DNA from: Geosiphon pyriformis uo1
Lineage: Eukaryota; Fungi; Glomeromycota
Assembly (NCBI GenBank): GCA_016748015.1
Contig: JAAOMT010000061.1
Location: 124,001 to 188,000 of the forward strand
Direction of reading: 5' to 3'
DNA length: 64,000 nt
Positions 26,056 through 39,200 of the stretch are shown here, one piece after another. A program made the translations under genes and the position numbers. Below the pieces are notes generated by a model. That model worked only from the letters and a program-made list of their open reading frames with translations. It was not told where the DNA came from and ran no database searches. How positions within the stretch are numbered: the first letter of the stretch is position 1; every line of letters starts with the position of its first letter.

Positions 26056-27937
26056 CATAAATATAAAGACTACTGCAAGTAGCTCTATATCTAAGAAGAA
26101 AGCACTTAAGAGTGCTTTTCATGGTCCTATTGGTGGTTTATTTTCTCAGAAAAAGAAAGTTGTTATTGGTAATATCAAATACTCTGGTGATAAAAGAGAT
26201 ATATCTCTAAGTAAATCTGGGTCTGGTAACAGTGTATATTCTAATGTGAATAGTTTATTTAATAATAATGAGCATGTTGGCATGTCTGGTGTAAATAATG
26301 AGTCTCTTTTAGGTTTAGCTGCTACTACACTCAAGATAAAGTGGGTCAACACTGGTGTTGTTTTTGGTTCTTCACTCAGTTCTCCCAATTTTTATATAGA
26401 TGATGATGAAGTTGTACTCCTTTCTCATTTGTCTATCTCTCTTAAAAAGAAGTAGATTAACTTAAAGGTCATCAAAACTCCTGTGGAAATGTCAGTCAAA
26501 AAGTTGTTTGCTTTGAATATTAATCTCTTAGCTATAGAAGAAAAATCAGCAATGGCAAAAACTCAGTTAATCAGAAAAATTTTTTCTTTAGTCAATGGTT
26601 TTGGGGGGGCCACTATCCTTTCAAAATTTGATGAGATCATTCAATTTATCTTCACTTTAGAAAAGAGCATAGAAATAACTGCTTTATTGGCCAAAGAAAA
26701 AGGAATCAATGTAAACAATGATTTCAAAAGACAAGGAATCCATTCAAATCAGACTGTAATCATCAAAGAAATTCCCATGAACACACCAAAGGAAATGATC
26801 ATTACTGCTTTAGCTGAGTTTGGCGAAATTAAGTTAATCAAAATTTAACTGATTGGAATATGGCAAAAAGCTATGGTGAAATTTGCTGAACTAGGTTAGA
26901 CTGAACATTTGGCTGTTAAATGGTCCTTTTTGATTGATAAAAACTTAGTACATGTGACTATGGCTGTGAGAGATTACAATACTTGGGTATCTAGAAATCA
27001 ATTTAGAGCTTTGCTGTTTACTCTGCCAGTGGGAACAACTGCTTATGATCTGGATACTCTTTTGAATAAAGTTGGTGAAAAAACCTGCATCATCAATTGT
27101 TTATTAAATTTTAGTAACTGGGTTTGCTGTGCTGTAATTGGTTTTGGATCTAGTAAGAATTTGGAGTTTATATATTGTATTGAACCAATATTTGGTGGGA
27201 TTAAACTTTTTTGGGCTAGATTGGATTTGGTTTGCTGTGAAAATTGTGAACATTTTGGTCATTTTTCTGTAGAGTGTGATGCACCAATTGCACCCAATGC
27301 TAAACCTTCAAAGTCCATTAAAAGAGTCACTTCTGGAGAGCATTGTCTTTAGCTAGCAAAACTGTATGCAAAAAAAGGTGTTCCCATCTCTCATTCTGCT
27401 GCTTTTGGTAGCAAGTCTTGGGTGCAGGTGGTTTTATTTGCTTCTTCTTCTGGTGGTTTTTCTTCTGGTTCAGGTTCTGGTTCTGGGTTTCTTTCTTCTG
27501 GTGTTTTGCATAATAAAAGAAGCATGCTAATTAATTATGTTAATTTCTTAATATACAATTGTTTAGCTTTATTGGAATGCTCTTTGGAATTGCTAGCTAA
27601 TTAAATGTCAAGTATATTGTGCAGATTGAATAGTGTGGAGCTGGTGCCTCTGGTGTCTGCCCCCAATGTTAGACCTCTGGTTGGTTTTACTTCTGTTAAG
27701 TCAGTATTGGATGCTAATATGGTTCTAAATGTCTCACAGCCATCGTTTTCTCCTCCATCTCCTATTGTTGAGAACAAGACTGTGAATTTGGATTTGAGTA
27801 GTTCAAAAGTTCTTACTTTCAAAATCAGTAATTTGAAATCTAAGATGATAGCTCTTGAAATTTCTATTGGCTTAATTTTAGGAAAGTTAGATCTGTTGTG
27901 TGTGAATTCAGACTCCTTGGCACATTGTTTATATTAA
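26056..27937 (+). pseudogene. LINE C ORF1 (RRM + zinc knuckle), fragmented
   Basis: ORFs 26246, 26483, 26909, 27422 and 27605 are collinear; the knuckle is CENCEHFGHFSVEC. Confidence 0.8.
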
Positions 27938-28033
27938 TAAGTAAGCTTATTTGAAAAGTGGCTATGTGCAATATTAGGGGTATAACAAATTTATCTAAAC
28001 AGAATAACATTGTTTGTTGGCATAAAAAGTTGG

Positions 28034-29006
28034 TATTACCTAAATAAAAAAACCAAAAAGCTATAGAACAACATGATAAAAAAACATGACAAGAAAAATG
28101 CAGTACAACTTAAGGTAACACAGGACAAATGCGAGCAATAGCTAGCAATAATAAGCAATAGCTAGCAATAATGAGCAATAGCTAGCAATAATGAGCAATA
28201 GCTAACAATAATGAGCAATAGTTAGCAATAACAAAACAATAGTTAGCAATAGTGAAGCAATTGAAAGCAATCCTGTAGAACAAAAAAAATGTATAAAAAC
28301 AAGTAGTTGTAGAAGTTAAAAAGACATCCAGAAAGAAAATTAGACTTTCAGAAGTCAATTAGACTCTTAGAGTCAATTAGACACACAGGCCATAAATTAT
28401 TAAATACTTCTCTTTTTAAGGATAGTTGCTATCAACTGAAATAAAATTATATTAATAAAATATTTTTTCAATTTTTCAAATCTATGTTATTAATCCACTA
28501 CTTAACCTGCTGGCACAATAGCTCTTGATTATGGCTATTGACAGAACACTTATTTCTTATTTTATTTTCTTTATTTCTTTATTTTCTTTTATTTCTTTTT
28601 ATTTTCTTTTATTTTTTTTTATTTTTCTCTTGTGAAGCAACAACATAGAAAAATTAACTATCTGAAAATAGACTTCATGATAGTCTGGTAAAAGAGAGAA
28701 GCTCTTCCTAGGTTTTTGGATATTAACATTATCTTGATAGCTTATCAAAAGGGCAAAAAGACAATGCTAGACTCTAATAACTGTACTCATTAGCTCGGAA
28801 AAAAAAGCTTACCATTATAAGAAGTTGTAATCAGCAAAAATCAAAACTCTGTGGCTTATAACCAAAGAACTCAATAGGTAAATTCACATCCAGAAAAAAC
28901 CTTCAGAGACTGATAAACATTAACTCTGTGAAAAACATACAACCTTAGAATACTAAATTAAAGCATTAAATATTACCATCATATCTCACTAAGTTTACCC
29001 ATAATA
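28034..29006 (+). repeat. E2 5' LTR
   Basis: Direct repeat of 30370-31420, followed by TT-TGGTGCTCCC (PBS). Confidence 0.9.
28133..28252 (+). repeat. 20-bp tandem repeat (agcaatagctagcaataatg) in the E2 5' LTR U3
   Basis: About 6 units directly visible. Confidence 0.9.
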
Positions 29007-29139
29007 TTTGGTGCTCCCTATAAGGTTATAAATCCACAGAGACTGAGTCTCTCAGAAATTCACAAAAGTAAAATACCAAGAGAAAACAAGGGAGAAATCA
29101 CTTAGGATTTGTGAAATTTTTATTTTAGCATTTCCTTTA

Positions 29140-29735
29140 AAAAACTTGTTAAATTAAAACTCCGATTATTCAAAACCCAATCATTAAAACTCTGAACATT
29201 TGAAACTTATCTTCAATAAACTTGTTAAATTAAAAACTCCAAAAATTATTCAAAACCTGATAATTCCAACTCTGCTATTGTATAAAAAACTTATTTTCGA
29301 TAAACTTGTTAAATTAAAAACTCCAAAAATTATTTAAAGCCCGATAATTCTAACTCCACTATCATATAAAAAACTTATCTTTAATAAACTCAATAAATTA
29401 AAAACTCCAAAAATTATTTGAAACCTGATAAATTCTAATTCTGCTATTGTATAAAGAAACTTACCTTCAATAAAATTCATTAAAACTCCAATTCTTCAAG
29501 ACCCAATAGTTCAAAATCCAAACATTTGAAACTTGATAAATTCCAAACCTATTAGTATAAAAAGAAACTTACTTTCAGTAAAACTTGTTAAAATTAAAAC
29601 TCTGATTATTCAAGACTCAATCATTCAAAACCTGAACATTCAAAACCCAATAAGTCTAACCCCACTATTGTACAAGAAAACTTATCTTAGATAAAACCCG
29701 TCAAATCTCTAAAAATTCAAAACTCTGATTATTTA
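29140..29735 (+). repeat. Tandem array of about 83-110 bp units in the E2 internal region
   Basis: Recurring aaacttatcttcaataaacttgttaaattaaaaactcc... at about 29204, 29288, 29372, 29457, 29566 and 29678. Confidence 0.8.
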
Positions 29736-30369
29736 AAGATTTGTTGGAAGAATTCCAAAAAAAAACTACCTAGATTCATACTTACTTGTGCGAAAACTGC
29801 CTTTTTTTATGCCAAAAGTCAGTGCTAAGAAAGTGTCAATATGAAAAAAACTTAGAGAAAAAAAAGAAATTTGAGAATCAGCAGTACCAAAATTAATCAA
29901 CAAATCATTAAAACTCATCTGATGGCCCTGAGTTATAATCCACTTTCATGCATTATATATTTGAACTCCAAAGAAAACGAGCCAATCAGTGAGAATTGGA
30001 ATCAGAACTTAATCCCAATTTAAATTCCACTGATGACGACAATGACAATTCAAACTCTGCTGACAATAACAACAATGATTCAAACTCTGCTTCAAACACC
30101 AAACAATATATCACGCTTCTAGATCTTACAATAGAGCAGAAATTAACTTAATTTAGTGATAATAATGAGGGCATTATGGCTGAATGTGCACATAATATAA
30201 ATGCAGGATTTGAAATTAGATATCTTGAACAGACTTTTATAGTTTAAAAACACCATTCATGTACCAAAATAGATTTAAAAATAGCAATAGAAATTATGGC
30301 AACAACATGGAAACAAAAGAGAAAAATAGATGATTTCGCAGGAGCTCAATTTTAAAAAGAAAGAAATAA

Positions 30370-31420
30370 TATTATTCAAGTAGAAAAACCAAAAAGCTAT
30401 AGAAAAACATGACAAAAAAACATAACAAGAAAAACACAGTACAACTCAAGATAACACAGGACAAATGTGAGCAATAGCTAGCAATAATGAGCAATAGCTA
30501 GCAATAATAAGCAATAACTAGTAATAATAAGCAATAGCTAGCAATAACGAGCAATAGCTAGTAATAACAAGCAATAGCTAGCAATAATGAGTAATAATTA
30601 GCAATAATAAGCAATAGTTAGCAATAATAAACAATAGTTAGCAATAACAAAACAATAGCTAGCAATAGTGAAGCAATTGAAAACAATCCTATAAAACAAA
30701 AAAAATGTATAAAAACAAGTAGCTGTAGAAGTTAAAAAGACATCCAGAAAGAAAATTAAACTTTCAGGAATCAATTAGACTCTTAGAATCAATTAGACTT
30801 ATAGGCCATAAATTATTAAATACTCCTCTTTTCAAGGATAGTTGCTATCAACCAAAATAAAATTATATTAATAAAATATCTCTTCAATTCTTCAAATTCA
30901 TGTTATTAATCTACTATTTAACCTGCTGGCACAATAGCTCTTAATCATGGCTATTGACAGAACACTTATTTCTTATTTTATTTTCTTTATTTCTTTATTT
31001 TCTTTTATTTCTTTTTATTTTCTTTTATTTTTTTATTTTTTTCTTGTGGAGTGGCAACATAAGAAAATCGACTGTCTGAGAATAGACTTCATGATAGCCT
31101 AATAAAAGAGAGAAGCTCCCCCTAGGTTTTTGGATATTAACATTATTTTGATAGCTTATCAGAAAGGCAAAAAGACAACACTAGACCCTAATGACTATAC
31201 TCATTAGCTTGAAAAAGAAAGCTTACTATTATAAGAAATTGCAATCAGCAAAAACCAAAACTTTGTGCCTTATAACCAAAGAACTCAATAGGTAAATTCA
31301 CATTCAGAAAAGACCTTCAGGGACTGATAAACATTAACTCTATGAAAAACATACAATCTTAGAATACTAAATTAGAGCACCAAATGTTATCATCATATCC
31401 CACCAAGTTTATCTGTAATA
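30370..31420 (+). repeat. E2 3' LTR, with about 10 copies of the 20-bp U3 repeat (30469-30668)
   Basis: Direct repeat of 28034-29006, preceded by the PPT aaaaagaaagaaataa. Confidence 0.9.
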
Positions 31421-34400
31421 TTAAGCAACATGATTTCTATTATTACTAAAACAAAATTGAGGTCTGATATTAAGCCTTAGATTATGAATAAGTTTGATAG
31501 GATTCGGGTTTTTACTACTGGTTTAGATGTTGAGTTTTGTGGTGCTGGAGTTGCTATAATCATAGACACTTTTTTAGTTTAACATGTGTCAAAAGTAGAA
31601 AAAATCCTGGTCATTTGATTTCTGTGTGTCTTTTGTTCAAAAAAAAGCTTTCAGTTATGATCTTGAGTCTGTATACTGGTGCATCCATTGGCACATGTTT
31701 TGGTCAAGCTGCTAATATCAATTTTATGGTCTCTAAGGCCATTAATTTCAGCTTTTTTGTGATTTTGGATGGTAATTTTAATGAAAATGGTTTTTAAAAA
31801 AGCACAAGTTTCAAGTTTTGCTTGGAGTTGGGCCTGGTTAACATTTTTGCTGAACATTTGCTGACCAAAGCTCCTACCTGAAGCAATTCTAGGGGTGTTG
31901 AGAAGGTAATTGATTTTATTCTAGTGAGTGAGAATTTGGCATTCGCTATTGCATTGCATAAAGTCAATAATGTGTCTGAGTTCTTTGATACAGATCATAA
32001 ATCAGTTTTAGTTTCAGTTGGTTTGGGTAAATTACTGGATGCTTGTCTTATTAGCATTTGCAGGCAAGCCAACCAAAATTGGTGAAAGTTCAAAATAAAA
32101 AATGCAAATGATGTTCAATGATTAAGCTTTAAAGACCATTTATCTGCTGAGTTTTTGGTTAGATTAGACATATTTGAAGAGACGAGAAACAATGGTGACC
32201 TAAATATAATGTGGAGAATGCTAGAGAAAACCATAGTACAAACTGCCAATAAAGTTTTTTCTAAGATTTGGTATAGTGAGTACGACTGTTTGAGGAATAA
32301 ACAATCTTTAAAATTCTTTAAATTGGAACTACTTGTTGCAAAGATTGTGAAATATTGAAATTCTGGTAATCTATTAGATTTCAACTGTTTTGTTAAGATC
32401 TGGTTGGCTATTGATGAAGTTGAAACTTCCAAGGTTAATGGTATGATTTTGGCTGATGTGAGCTCAATGGATTTGGTTAAACATTTATCAGTAATAAGAA
32501 AAAAGTATTAGAGATCCAAGTATTGCAAGTTTAAGATTGCTAAGGATACTACTATAAGAAAGACAATTGATCAGTGCATGGAAAAATTTTGTTCTGACAA
32601 AAGAAGAATGATAAAGAGCATTCTGGAATGTCTATTTTACAAAGTGGTTTTGGATCACTTGGTAGTAGATGATGAGCTGGTGTTTAAGCCTGATAAAGTG
32701 AAGCTCAGGATTAATAAGATTATAGAAGAATAAACGAAGAAGCGATCAGTTCTTCCAAAAATACCTGATTTTTGGTCTTAACAATATATGCCTCTAGATT
32801 ATGTTAATGATGGTGTTTTCTCTGATATAATGAATAAAATTGGTATAGAAAAATTGTTTTTGGTTGTTGGTAATTTGCCAAATGATAAGGCAGCCAGATT
32901 GTCAGAAATACTTAACAAGCTTTGGAAGCATTGTGGTGAAGAGATTTTGGTCTGTCTGTTGGGGCTGTTAAATTTGTGCTTGAGTCAAGATGTGGTTCCT
33001 GATCTTTAAAAGAGAGTGTGGATTTCAATGATTCCAAAACCTTACAAGTAAAATAGTGTTTTAACAAATACTAAAACTATTGCATTAGTTGATACTACAT
33101 GTAAAATACTTTTTAAGATTCTTTCTGATTGAATATTTTTGGCTTGTAGCAAGTTCAATGTTCTTTGTGGTGACAATTTTTTGGTGTTGAAGGGTACATC
33201 AACCCAGTCTTCTATTTTTGCTATTAGATTAATTGTTTAAGATGCTTTAGAAAAAAACAGAGAGTTTTGGTTAGTACTGCAGAATATGTGTAAAGCTTAT
33301 GATTCAGTGGACTGGCATTATTTGTAAGCAAGTTTGTATTGCATCAAAATGTGTAAACATTTCATAAAATTTTTTGGTCACATCCATGAAAACCAGGTCA
33401 ACAAGGTAATAACAGATTTTGAGCTATTAGTGAACTACAGGGTGCATGATGAGTTGGATCAGGAGGAGGTTTTTTCTCTACTACTTTGGAGAATCTTTTA
33501 TGATCCACTTTTGTGCAAAGTAAAAAGGCATGAGTATTTATGTGAATACAAAATTGATTCTAGGTTTGTGGCAAAGTCTGGCAGAATTGAGGCAAATGAT
33601 AGAAAGACTTCTTTTTTGGCTACTGATGCCTTTGTTAATGATACAATTTAGATCAGTAGTAATCATGTATCTATGCAGTATATTTTGAACATTGTAAGTG
33701 AGTTTTTTGTGATCAATAACATCTTAATTAATAGTGATAAAACAGTAGCTATTTCTATCAATCAAGGAATTAAAGATGCTTTGCTGTCAATCAATAGATT
33801 GCCAATTTCAATTGCTAAAAAGAGTGAATTATACCAGTATTTGGACATCTTTCTATCAACTGAGGGTCTCTCTAAGCCCAGTATGGCTCAAGCTCATGTA
33901 GATGTCAGGTTTTTTTCTAATGTGGTGTTGAAGAAGGTCATTACAGACAAGCAGTTCTGTTATTTGGTATTGGCGGTCTTACAACTCATTATTAGCTATC
34001 ATATACAATTCAGTTTTATATCTTTGGATGTGTGTTACAAATAAGATATTATGGTTAGGAAAGGTCTTAAAGCCAAAGCTGGTTTACCATGTAACTTTCC
34101 CAGTAAGGTCTTACACCACCCTTCTTTGTATGGTTTGAAGCTCTTTGAGCAAGTACAGTCTGAAAAGAAGTTGGCATTTCTGATCTTATTCTCCAATGAA
34201 CACAGCATTCTTGGACACTTATTTGATCATAAATTCTTAGATTTGCAAGTTCTGGAATGGTCTCTTCTGAACTTTTTACAGTTTCCTGTTAGGTTGCATG
34301 TTAGTCCTGTGAACAATTTTTTAGCAGGAGTGGCGAAGATTTTTTTGGAGAATGATTTGTCATTAACAAACAATTTGTCTTGTGCCTTTCATGAGTCAGG

Positions 34401-35996
34401 TAACTTTTCAATGTCTGGCATTTTGGGTCAGTTTCTGTACTACAAATTCATTTTTTTGTTAAAGCAGTTTGGTATTACATTTGGTGACAGAATTTTTGAT
34501 AAAAAAAGAAAGATAATAGACTGGAAAACATTTTGTTATTGACCCAAGGAGCCTAGTGTCTTACTGGTTCTCTTTGACATCTGATTTCATGAACAAATCT
34601 GTTTTTTTGAGAGTTAGGACTACTTTTGCTAGTAGAGAGAATGTGCTAAGTATTTTAAATTCTGATAGGTTTTTTGATGTTTGTGATAGTTTACTGAAGG
34701 TATGGTCTGATTGTATTGAGGTTTATATAGACGGATTCTTAAAATGTGCTGGTTCTGCTGAGATGGCAAGTGGAACAGCTGCATACTTTTTAGCTGCAGA
34801 TGCTAGTATTGGAATTAGAGTGGCTGGGCTTTTGTCTTCTACTTTGACTGAGTTGTAAGCTGTGGCACTGGCATTGAAGTGTGTTCCATTTTTGTGCTTG
34901 GTGGTTTTGTACTCAGATAGTTAAGCTGCAATTGATGCCTGCATTTCCAAGGCTTTTGTTGCCATGTTTGACTTCTATAACCAATGTTGGATTGAAAAAT
35001 TGCATATAGACAATTTCTTTGAACGTAAAAATATTTCTATTAAGTGGGTAAAAGTTAAGAATTATTCAGATATGTTAGGCAATATTAGAGCTGACACATT
35101 GGCTAATAAGGCAACTTCCTCATTTTTTTCTATGCTGGTGAGAATTTGAAAGAAGTTTTTGGTTGTTAAAGAAACTGCTATATCTGGCAATGCTCATTAT
35201 TTTGTTTGAGACTTATACTGATTAATATGCCATGCCCATTGGAAGGCTGGTCCAGGTTTTGATGTAATTCCAGACATTATAATTAAAAAAATAGATTGGA
35301 GGGCTACTGCAACAATCTGACACTTTGATTCACACATGCTTTCTGGATTCACCAGTAAAAAGTCAGCCAATTTGCACACATACTTGATGAAAACTGTTTA
35401 TAGACAGCTGCCAGTTGTAATTAGAAAGAGGTTGTATAACAAAAGTTATCCTGGAGTGTTGTGCTTACTGTATGACAAAGTGGAGTTGTCTAATCATATT
35501 TTTACTTGTTTTGGTGACTCTGGTTTTTATGAAAACATTTTGGTTAAAGCTGCTGAAAAATGGATGTCAATGTCTGGTCTTATGTGTTTGTCTACATCTG
35601 CTGTTTTGCATTCACTTTTATCATGTTTTTTAAATATGGGTCTTTATATGGCAGTTTGCAAGGGTTTTGTGGTATGCTGAAACTGTTTTAGTTTTTGAGG
35701 AGCAAAAAAAGGCTACTCTAGCCCTTGTAGAATACATCAGGTTTGTGATGGAATTGCATCACACTAAAGTATGGGCTGTTAGGACCAAACATAGAGTAGA
35801 TATGGAAAAGACTGGCTTGATTGGGGATAATGGTTTGGTTTCTGGTTTGTTTGGCTGTGTAATTTCTAGATTGTCAACTGGTATTGTCTATATGCTTGGT
35901 GTTATAGAATCTTTTGCTGTTAGGTTTAGTAGGCACAAATTGTGTCATTTTTTCTCTGGTTTGAATGGTAATGTTTATGTTAGCATAGGTGTGTAA
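31421..35996 (+). pseudogene. LINE C ORF2 (remainder after E2): APE-RT-RNase H-CCHC, fragmented
   Basis: ORFs 31537-35996 carry GNFN, LWRIFYDPLL, FVNDTI, VYIDG, KVKNYS and the C-terminal FFSGLNGNVYVSIGV. Confidence 0.88.
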
Positions 35997-36239
35997 TGTT
36001 GCCTTGTCTGGCCCAAGTGGCTGGCCACATATAGTTTGTGTATGAGCTACATTTAGTTGGTTTTACTTAGTTTGGTTCTATGTACTAGATAGCAGTTGGA
36101 CTTCACTCGTTAAATCTGTAATAAAAAAAAATTAATTTAAAAATTAAAAAATTAATATAATAGATTGTAATTAATAATAACAAAATAATATAGAAAAATA
36201 ATAGAAACAAAAATAAAAACAGTTTTATTAAAATTTTTA

Positions 36240-39200
36240 TTTTATACTTTTTATTTTTTTTTATTTTTTTTATAAGTATTTCTGCTAATATTAATTTGTT
36301 TATTATTATAAAATTAATAGCTTTTTTGATTAAAGAGTTAAATGATAAAAAAGCTAATATAGAATCTTATTCTAATATTAAAAAAAATTAATATTTACCA
36401 ATATTTATTTATAAAAACATTAATAAAAAAGCCAAAAAGCTTAGTTTAAATATTGCTAAAATTAATATTTTGGCTGGTTCTATAAATTCTAGTGTTTTAA
36501 ATAATAATAATAATATTTTGTATTAGTTTTAAGAAAATAAAATTAGTAGTAATTTGAATATTATAAGTAAAATTTTAAAAACTAATAACTTGAAAACATA
36601 TATTATTAAAAAAAACTAGATATGTTAATTCAGATAATTCAATAAGAATATTATATTGTATTAATATTATTATATTTAATTTATTTAAGTCATTATTGGT
36701 TTTAAATAACATAAATAATAACATAATTTTAGATTTTTTTTCTTTAATTATAGATATGAATAATACTTGAATATTTTTATTAATAAAAAAAAAATTTTTT
36801 CAATTCTGCCAAATTATTTGCTCTAAATATAAAAATATTTGTTGTTTTTAAAAAAATTTTAAATAATAAATTAAAATTTATTAGGAAATTATTTTATTAA
36901 GAAGATAGTTTTAAGAAAACTACTATTTTCTCAAAATTTTACAATATAATTTGGTCAATATATATTTTTAAGCTTAATTTAAATAAAACCAAAAATCTGT
37001 TATTTAACATAAAAATTTTGGTAAATATTAATCTATAATACACTAATATTAGATTAAATTAAAAAGTGATTATTAAAAAATTTCTAATTAATTTTCTTAA
37101 ATTGGCTTTAAAATTAATATTAGCCAAATATAAATTTATAAAATCTGTTAAAATACAACTTATTAGTTTTTAATAGAAAACATTAATTAAATTTAAAAAT
37201 ATTAAAACTATTAACTTGTTTTCAAATAATTAATTCTGCTAAGCAAAAACTTTGTTTGTATAATTAAAGCCAATAATAACAAAAAAATATGAGTATTAAA
37301 AAACCACTATTGTATTCTTCTTTATACTTTGTCAATAGGTACTACTGCTTATAATTTTTCTGAATTTTTTTTGTTATATAATAAAAAACTTGTTTTATCT
37401 TTTGTAATTTTATTTTTTACAAATATACTTATTGTGTTATAATATATTTTGTGTTTAGTATTGCTAAAAAAATTGCTATTTACTTAATTTTTGTTTTTAA
37501 AGATGTAAATTTGGTCTGAACTGATCTGTTATTTTTGTTTACATTAAATATAAAAAAAATAATTGTATTTTTAGTGTTTATAAAATTGGTTTAAAATTAT
37601 TTAGTCTAAATTTGAAAATTTTTTCTGAGTTTAACAAAGGATGTTTTGCATTAATTTATGTAAAAAAATAGGTTTTTGTGTCTTATCCAGTTTTTTTCAA
37701 TAATATAACTTAAGTTTTTATAGTAAATAATACTCTTCAAATTTTTTAATACATACTAACTGTTGGTTTTTTCTTAATAAAAGTTTTATTTAACAACTTT
37801 AATGCTAATTTTGTGGTTTTGGCTTTGGCTTCTTGTTTAAATATTTTAAAACAAATTATAAAATTTTTGTCTAATCATGTTATTGAAATCTCTTATAAAT
37901 TAGATGCCTTTTTTTTGAAATTTTAACATATATTAAGAAAATATCTGTTGTTAATGTTATTTTAAAATTAGATATAGTTATTAATTTGTTGTTGCCTATT
38001 TTTTCTGTTATATTGCATGTTCTTAACACTTTTTATGATTTTTTTTCTAATAGATCCAAAGTTTTAACTGCCAAGATTAACAGTCTAAAAATTAATATAA
38101 TAGTTTTAAAAATTTAATAAAATTTATTTTAAATAAGCTAAAGTCTTTTAGTTTGAATATTAATATAATTTTTTTTTGTTTTCAATAAATAACTTAACTT
38201 AAAAAATAACTATATTTAATATTAAAGAAATAAATATTTTTATTAAGCAAAATAATATTATTAAATAGTATAGAGAATTAAAAAATAATATTTTAATTAT
38301 TACTAAACTTAAGCTTTATTTTAGTATTAAATTATAGATTGCAAATAAATTAAAAGTATAAAAGTATTTATTTTTGGTTTAAATTTAGAGTATTTAAGTA
38401 CTAGTATTATGTTAATTGTAAATAAATATTTGGCTAAACATGGTTTGAAAATTTTAAAAGTTCTTGATAGACTTTTAATGATTTGTTTATTGTTTAAAAA
38501 CAAACAGTTAATTTTTGTATTAAAATTGTATTTAAATACATTTTTGAAAAAGTATTTAAATTAAGTATTTATTATTAGCTTTTTTATAGCTAATGTATTT
38601 AATAAAAACATATTTGTTATTTTAAAAAGTATTTTTAATAAGAATAATATTAAATACAATATTAGTTTCAAAAATTTTTAGATTTTGGTTTGTTAATTTT
38701 TTGGTTTATAGTTTATTTGTTAAGATTTCTACATAAAAAAACTTTAAAAATATCAAAAAAAACTATTAATTTCATTTTTATTTTATCAAATTTTGCAAAT
38801 ATATTAACTAACAAAAAAGTTACAAATATAAGTAAATTTTTTAACACTAATTACAATATTGTTTATGTTATTTTTGGTTTAGATAACTTTTTAAATACTG
38901 GTTTAAAGTATTTTGCTAAAAATTTAATATTAAAAATATTAACAAGTTAAAATAAAACTTGTTTAAAGTGTTTATCTTTAATATTATTGTTATATATGCT
39001 AATAATTTTGTTATTATAAAAAAATTTTTAAATATAAATAAAATATAAGATATTATTTAAAAAATGATTTGTTTTTTGACTAATAAAATATTTTTTAAGA
39101 TCTGGTTTAAGAATTATAATAATGTTTTTACAAAATTTTTATCTCATTTCCACAAATTAAAAATTTTGGTTTTTAAGTTGGTTAAAATTTTTTATTTGGC

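Larger units (their letters stand above)
28034..31420 (+). mobile_element. E2: non-autonomous, internally deleted Ty3/Gypsy derivative (3.4 kb) inserted in the LINE C endonuclease domain
   Basis: LTRs 28034-29006 and 30370-31420, PBS at 29009, PPT 30354-30369. Decayed 4-bp TSD ttgg/ttaa (inferred original tcgg), with the LINE reading WHK(E)S|GNMISII across the junction. Confidence 0.88.
25943..36131 (+). mobile_element. LINE C: full-length (about 6.8 kb without the insert) RNase H-bearing LINE with poly(A) and 20-bp TSD, interrupted by E2
   Basis: TSD ttaatttaaaaa(c/t)taaaaaa at 25923-25942 and 36132-36151; A-tail 36123-36131. ORF1 has CENCEHFGHFSVEC; ORF2 has APE, RT (FVNDTI), RNase H (VYIDGF, KVKNYSDMLGNIRAD) and a decayed CCHC. 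Confidence 0.92.

Noticed and set aside
28490-28545. U1 snRNA-like words (TACTTAACCTG; CATGATCAAG loop) in the LTRs
   Set aside because: The two similarities are on opposite strands, are short, and I see no stem-loop II or Sm site.
28133-30668. Short regular repeats resembling a CRISPR array
   Set aside because: Units are head-to-tail with no unique spacers, lie inside LTRs of a eukaryotic retrotransposon, and no cas genes are present.
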